Shown: positions 58,580 to 64,000 of the stretch, in pieces
Layout of the letters: every line of letters begins with the position of its first letter
Position numbering within the stretch: the first letter of the stretch is position 1
Assembly: GCA_951406725.2 (NCBI GenBank)
Contig: OX597838.1
Location: forward strand, 30,752,001 to 30,816,000
Reading direction: 5' to 3'
DNA: 64,000 nt
Source: Octopus vulgaris
Taxonomy: Eukaryota
Made by a program: the position numbers and the translations under genes
Notes under the pieces: model-generated
Told to the model about the DNA's origin: nothing
The model's input: the letters and a program-made list of their open reading frames with translations, nothing else
Databases searched by the model: none

Positions 58580-59309
58580 CAGCGGTCCTCAACCATTTTT
58601 TGCTTATGGTCCCTTTTGGTACCTAGTTTACTTTACTGGACCTCCATTGCCATTCGATGTATATAAAAATATTCCTATTTTTATAATTAAATATTATCAT
58701 TATTATTAAGGTAGTGAGCTGGCAGAAACGTTTGCACGCCGGGCGAAATGCTTAGCGGTATTTCGTCTGCGTTACGTTGTGAGTTCAAATTCCGCCGAGG
58801 TCGACTTTGCCTTTCATCCTTTCGGGGTCGATAAATTAAGTACCAGTTACGCACTGGGGTCGAAGTAATCGACTTAATCCGTTTGCCTGTCCTTGTTTGT
58901 CCCCTCTATGTTTAGCCCTTTGTGGGTAATAAAGAAATAAATATTATTTGGAATTGCATTAAGGCAGAAAGCAGGCAGAATCGTTAGCACGCTGGGCGAA
59001 ATGCCTAGCGGTATTCCGTCTGTCACTACGTCCTGAGTTCAAATTCTGCTGAGGTCGACTTTGCCTTTCATCCTTTCGGCGTCGATAAAATGAGTACCAT
59101 TTAAACACTGGGGTCGAAGTAATCGACTCATCCCCGCCTCCCCCAAGCTGCCCTTGTGGCAAAAAATTGAAATAACTATTAGGAATTGCATTAAAAAAAT
59201 TGTTAAAATATTTTGTTGGAATATAACCAATTTATTGCACATAACTATAAAGCACAAAACCTTATGTGGGCCGCCAAGGGTCATAAACGACCCCGATTAG
59301 GAACCTCTA
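58580..59309. mobile_element. Old hAT-like MITE interrupted by two SINE B insertions (about 58708-58940 and 58961-59180, both +)
   Basis: CAGCGGTCCTCAACC start and a degenerate matching end; the second SINE is flanked by a GGAATTGCATTAA duplication. Confidence 0.6.
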
Positions 59310-59782
59310 TTATAACCAATTTGCGGGCCAGTTTGCCGGTCAATGACCGGGGCAAAATGTGGAGAAGTAGCTGCCTGGTATTGCAGCTGTGACAAGCAAA
59401 AGCAGTGTGACTCACACCTGCTCATACTAGAAAATATGGGTCAGTGCAAAAAAGCTAAGGACATTGGCAGTGGCATTAGTTGTCCTGTTTGGTGAGCGAA
59501 TATGATAAGGGGGTGAGTGCAGAAGTCATAAAGTAGCGCATGTGGTCGAGAAGGATCATAATTGAGAAGTCATCAAGTGACCCGAAAACCAGGACGTTAT
59601 TCCAAAAGCAGCGTTTCGTCATAGTTGCAGGGATAAAAAAAAACAATGACTCTGACACTATAAGGCAGGAAATCCAGAAGGACTGGCGCTAAGGGTCACT
59701 TGAGGGCTTTTTCTGCTCTGAGGATATTGCAAAATTGTGTAAGACTGTGTTAAGCAGCAAGTACAACTGTATTAGTAGCAAT

Positions 59783-60358
59783 ACCTGTTTCTTTACTACC
59801 CACAAGGGGCTAAACACAGAGGTGACAAACAAGGACAGACAAAGGGATTAAGTCGATTACACCAACCCCAGTGCGTAACTGGTACTTGATTTATCGACCC
59901 CGAAAGGATGAAAGGCAAAGTCGACCTCGGCGGAATTTGAACTTAGAACGTAACGCAAACGAAATACCTATTTCTTTACTATCCACAAGGGGCTACACAC
60001 AGAGGGGACAAACAAGGACAGACAAAGGGATTAAGTCGATTACACCGACCCCAGTGCGTAACTGGTACTTGATTTATCGACCCCGAAAGGATGAAAGGCA
60101 AAGTCGACCTCGGCGGAATTTGAACTTAGAACGTAACGCAAACGAAATACCTATTTCTTTACTACCCACAAGGGGCTACACACAGAGGGGACAAACAAGG
60201 ACAGACAAAGGGATTTGCGTAACTGGTACTTGATTTATCGACCCCGAAAGGATGAAAGGCAAAGTCGACCTCGGCAGAATTTGAACTCAGAACGTAACGC
60301 AGACGAAATACGGCTACGCATTTCGCCCGGCGTGCTAACGGTTCGGCCAGCTCGCCTT
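59783..60358 (-). mobile_element. SINE family B tandem trimer
   Basis: Three near-identical head-to-tail units of about 180 bp with one 5' head. Confidence 0.92.
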
Positions 60359-60549
60359 ATTAGTAGCAATATCATTAGGTCTTGGAGGCCACTGTTGCAG
60401 CATTTCGTCAATTTCGAAGACCAAGTGCAACTCTGAGCATCATCGAAAAGAGCACCACATCTCCAGGAGCCAAAAGAAAAAAATGAAAGCAATAAAAAAC
60501 AAAACAAAAGGAAAAGTTCAAGGCAAAAGAGAAGAGTTCGATATCGGCG

Positions 60550-61247
<698 letters not shown>

Positions 61248-61462
61248 GTTTATGACTAGGATCAAATGATCCAAACTATACTTCGCTTCATAATAATGGT
61301 AGCATGTGCTTTGAAGACCTTTTGGTTGTGTTTTTTAGTAGGTCGAGCAATCGCGTAGAAGGTGCCACGTTGGCTGGAGAGTGAGAGAGAGAGAAAGAAA
61401 AAGAGAAAGACCAATTGATAAAGCGATAACGCGTGTGTGTATATATGTGTGTGTGTGCGTGC

Positions 61463-61533
<71 letters not shown>

Positions 61534-61671
61534 AGGGAAGGGAGGAGCAAGATGAAAGGCAGAGAAAGAATGGGAAAGAGAAGCGAGCCATAGGAGTGAC
61601 TTAGTAAGAATGAGAGGACTGGAAGTACGCAATGCTGTGTGTATACGGGACTAAATAACGGTTTATGTATG

Positions 61672-61712
<41 letters not shown>

Positions 61713-61943
61713 GTGTGTGCCTACGAAGTGTGTGAGGAAGTGTAGTTACAATATCTATATACGGGTGTGTCGGTGTGTGTGTGTGTGTGTGAGTGTGTGT
61801 GTGACTGCTGAGGTAAACATTGATATAACGAGATAAATAGACACACAAACTGAGATGGGGGAAGATAAAGTACATAGGTACGCATACACACACACGCACA
61901 CACACACACAAACACACACACAGAAACACACACACTCACACAG

Positions 61944-61981
<38 letters not shown>

Positions 61982-62275
61982 ACACTCACACAGACACGCA
62001 CACAATAACACACTCAAACACAGACACATACAGATATGAATATGAGATGTATATTTATGTTCAGACACACCTATATATATATACATACATACTTACACAC
62101 ACACACACACACACACGCACACACACACACACACATATATTAACATATATATCACTGGCTATAGTAGAAGACACTTGCCCAAGGTGCAACTCAGTGGGAA
62201 TGAACCCGGTACCATGTGGTTGGTAAGCATGCCACTTACCACACAGTCACTCCTACACCTATATACATACATACA

Positions 62276-62339
<64 letters not shown>

Positions 62340-62375
62340 TACCTATATGCACATATATACATACATACATACATT

Positions 62376-62406
<31 letters not shown>

Positions 62407-62414
62407 ATACACAA

Positions 62415-62485
<71 letters not shown>

Positions 62486-62628
62486 CATATATACATTATG
62501 TATACAAGCACGCGCTCACTGACATACGTCTGTGTGTGAAAAAGAGAGTGTGTATGTTTATATATGATATGTAAACCCATATAACCATCAATTTTGTTAT
62601 GAGTGTATATACCTGAAAGTGTGCGTGC

Positions 62629-62686
<58 letters not shown>

Positions 62687-63255
62687 GTGCGCGTTGGGCT
62701 TAAGTGTTCTGAACAACGTTATCGCGGCGCTGAGGCGTGACGCCAAAATGACACGGCGCAGGCGAAATAAACCAAATGGACCGTGGGCAGGATGTCTGCT
62801 TTGTTGACTAACCACTCGGTACTTTCTCTCCCTGTTGCTTCTACCACCACCACCACCACCACCACCACCACCACTACTACTACTACAGCTATCCGCCCCT
62901 ATATATATCTCCTAAAAAAAACTATCTTTGCCTACCCTTATTTCTTGTGCTTTGTCTTTTCCTACTTTTCTCTTTGTTAATCTCCCTCGCTATACATACA
63001 TACATACATACACACATACACACACACATACATACATACATACATACATACATACATACATACACACATACATACATACATACATACATACATACACACA
63101 TACATACATACATACATACATACATACATACATACATACATACATACATAAATAAATACATACATACATATATGTATGCATGTATGTATGTATGCATAAG
63201 TATATGTAAAAATATATATAAATGTATATGTGTGTATATATATATATGTGTGTGT

Positions 63256-63286
<31 letters not shown>

Positions 63287-63321
63287 ATATATTTATATTT
63301 ATATATATATATATGTATTTA

Positions 63322-63369
<48 letters not shown>

Positions 63370-64000
63370 CTCACATGTGCATATATATCTATAGGTATGT
63401 ATGTATATATATATATATATATCTATAAGCATATATGTTACAACCAAACAGAATCCAGAGAGGTCGCTGTTGTTCTGCGTCGGCAAAGACTTGAATTATT
63501 TGGGATAAAACGACAAAAATGTAAAATTAAGTTGCCGAGTGGAGTGGGAAATGGCCAACGTTTCCGACAGAGTTGCTCTTCAGCCTAAAGTTCACAAAAA
63601 AGAAATTGAGGAAAAGCAGCAGAGTTTTACATCCTTGAAGTTAGAAAAGTGGCTGTCAAAATCTACTGCCTCTCTTTCATTTCTCTTTTGTCGACTGTCC
63701 CCTGAAAAAGAAATTTTGACCGAAACGTTCGGTTTTCTACTCTCTACAGCAAGTTCACTGTACTCTCTTTGTATACAAATACGTTATTTGCTTATGTATG
63801 TATGCATAAATATATATAATTTATCTATATACCTCCTTCTCATGAGCGTAGGTGAGGATAGGCCAGAAAACAAAATGGAAGATATTAAGTTTGGCATTTT
63901 TAATTGTTCTTTTTTTTTTTACCAAACTACAGATAGCTAGATAGACACACGGACACACACACACATATATATATATAGTCCTACGTCCTGGTTTTGTTTT

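Noticed and set aside
59783-60358. Repeat array as a CRISPR candidate
   Set aside because: Units are about 180-bp SINE bodies without unique spacers, in eukaryotic DNA with no cas genes.
59871-60436. Recurrent MRNWYLIYRPRKDERQSRPRRNLN ORFs
   Set aside because: Antisense translations of SINE B copies.

Overview
This is AT-rich, microsatellite-saturated eukaryotic non-coding DNA. The SINE families and repeat landscape suggest an octopus (coleoid cephalopod) genome, but that is inference from recall, not a database result. Almost every ORF in the track is a translation of simple repeats, and no host protein-coding gene can be called with confidence; one Gly-rich candidate exon lies at about 47.6-48.1 kb. 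Supportable content: three tRNA-derived SINE families, decayed LINE fragments (CR1-group, two RTE, an RLE/HERO-like piece, a possible R4/Dong piece), three non-autonomous Helitrons, several MITEs, tRNA-Thr and tRNA-Gly derived sequences, and local inverted and direct duplications. The main result is that many short non-coding units embedded in (TA)n or (AAT)n tracts carry hammerhead-ribozyme-like motifs, as Penelope-like elements do. Two divergent subfamilies of one unit (about 6.6, 7.0, 12.8, 16.9, 20.0 and 20.4 kb) place the three hammerhead strands in a non-circularly permuted order: cleavage strand, then GAAA strand, then CUGANGA strand. Their stem sequences differ completely yet still pair, and the copy at 20011-20072 (-) has an intact core. 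All structures were folded by eye and need computational and biochemical testing.
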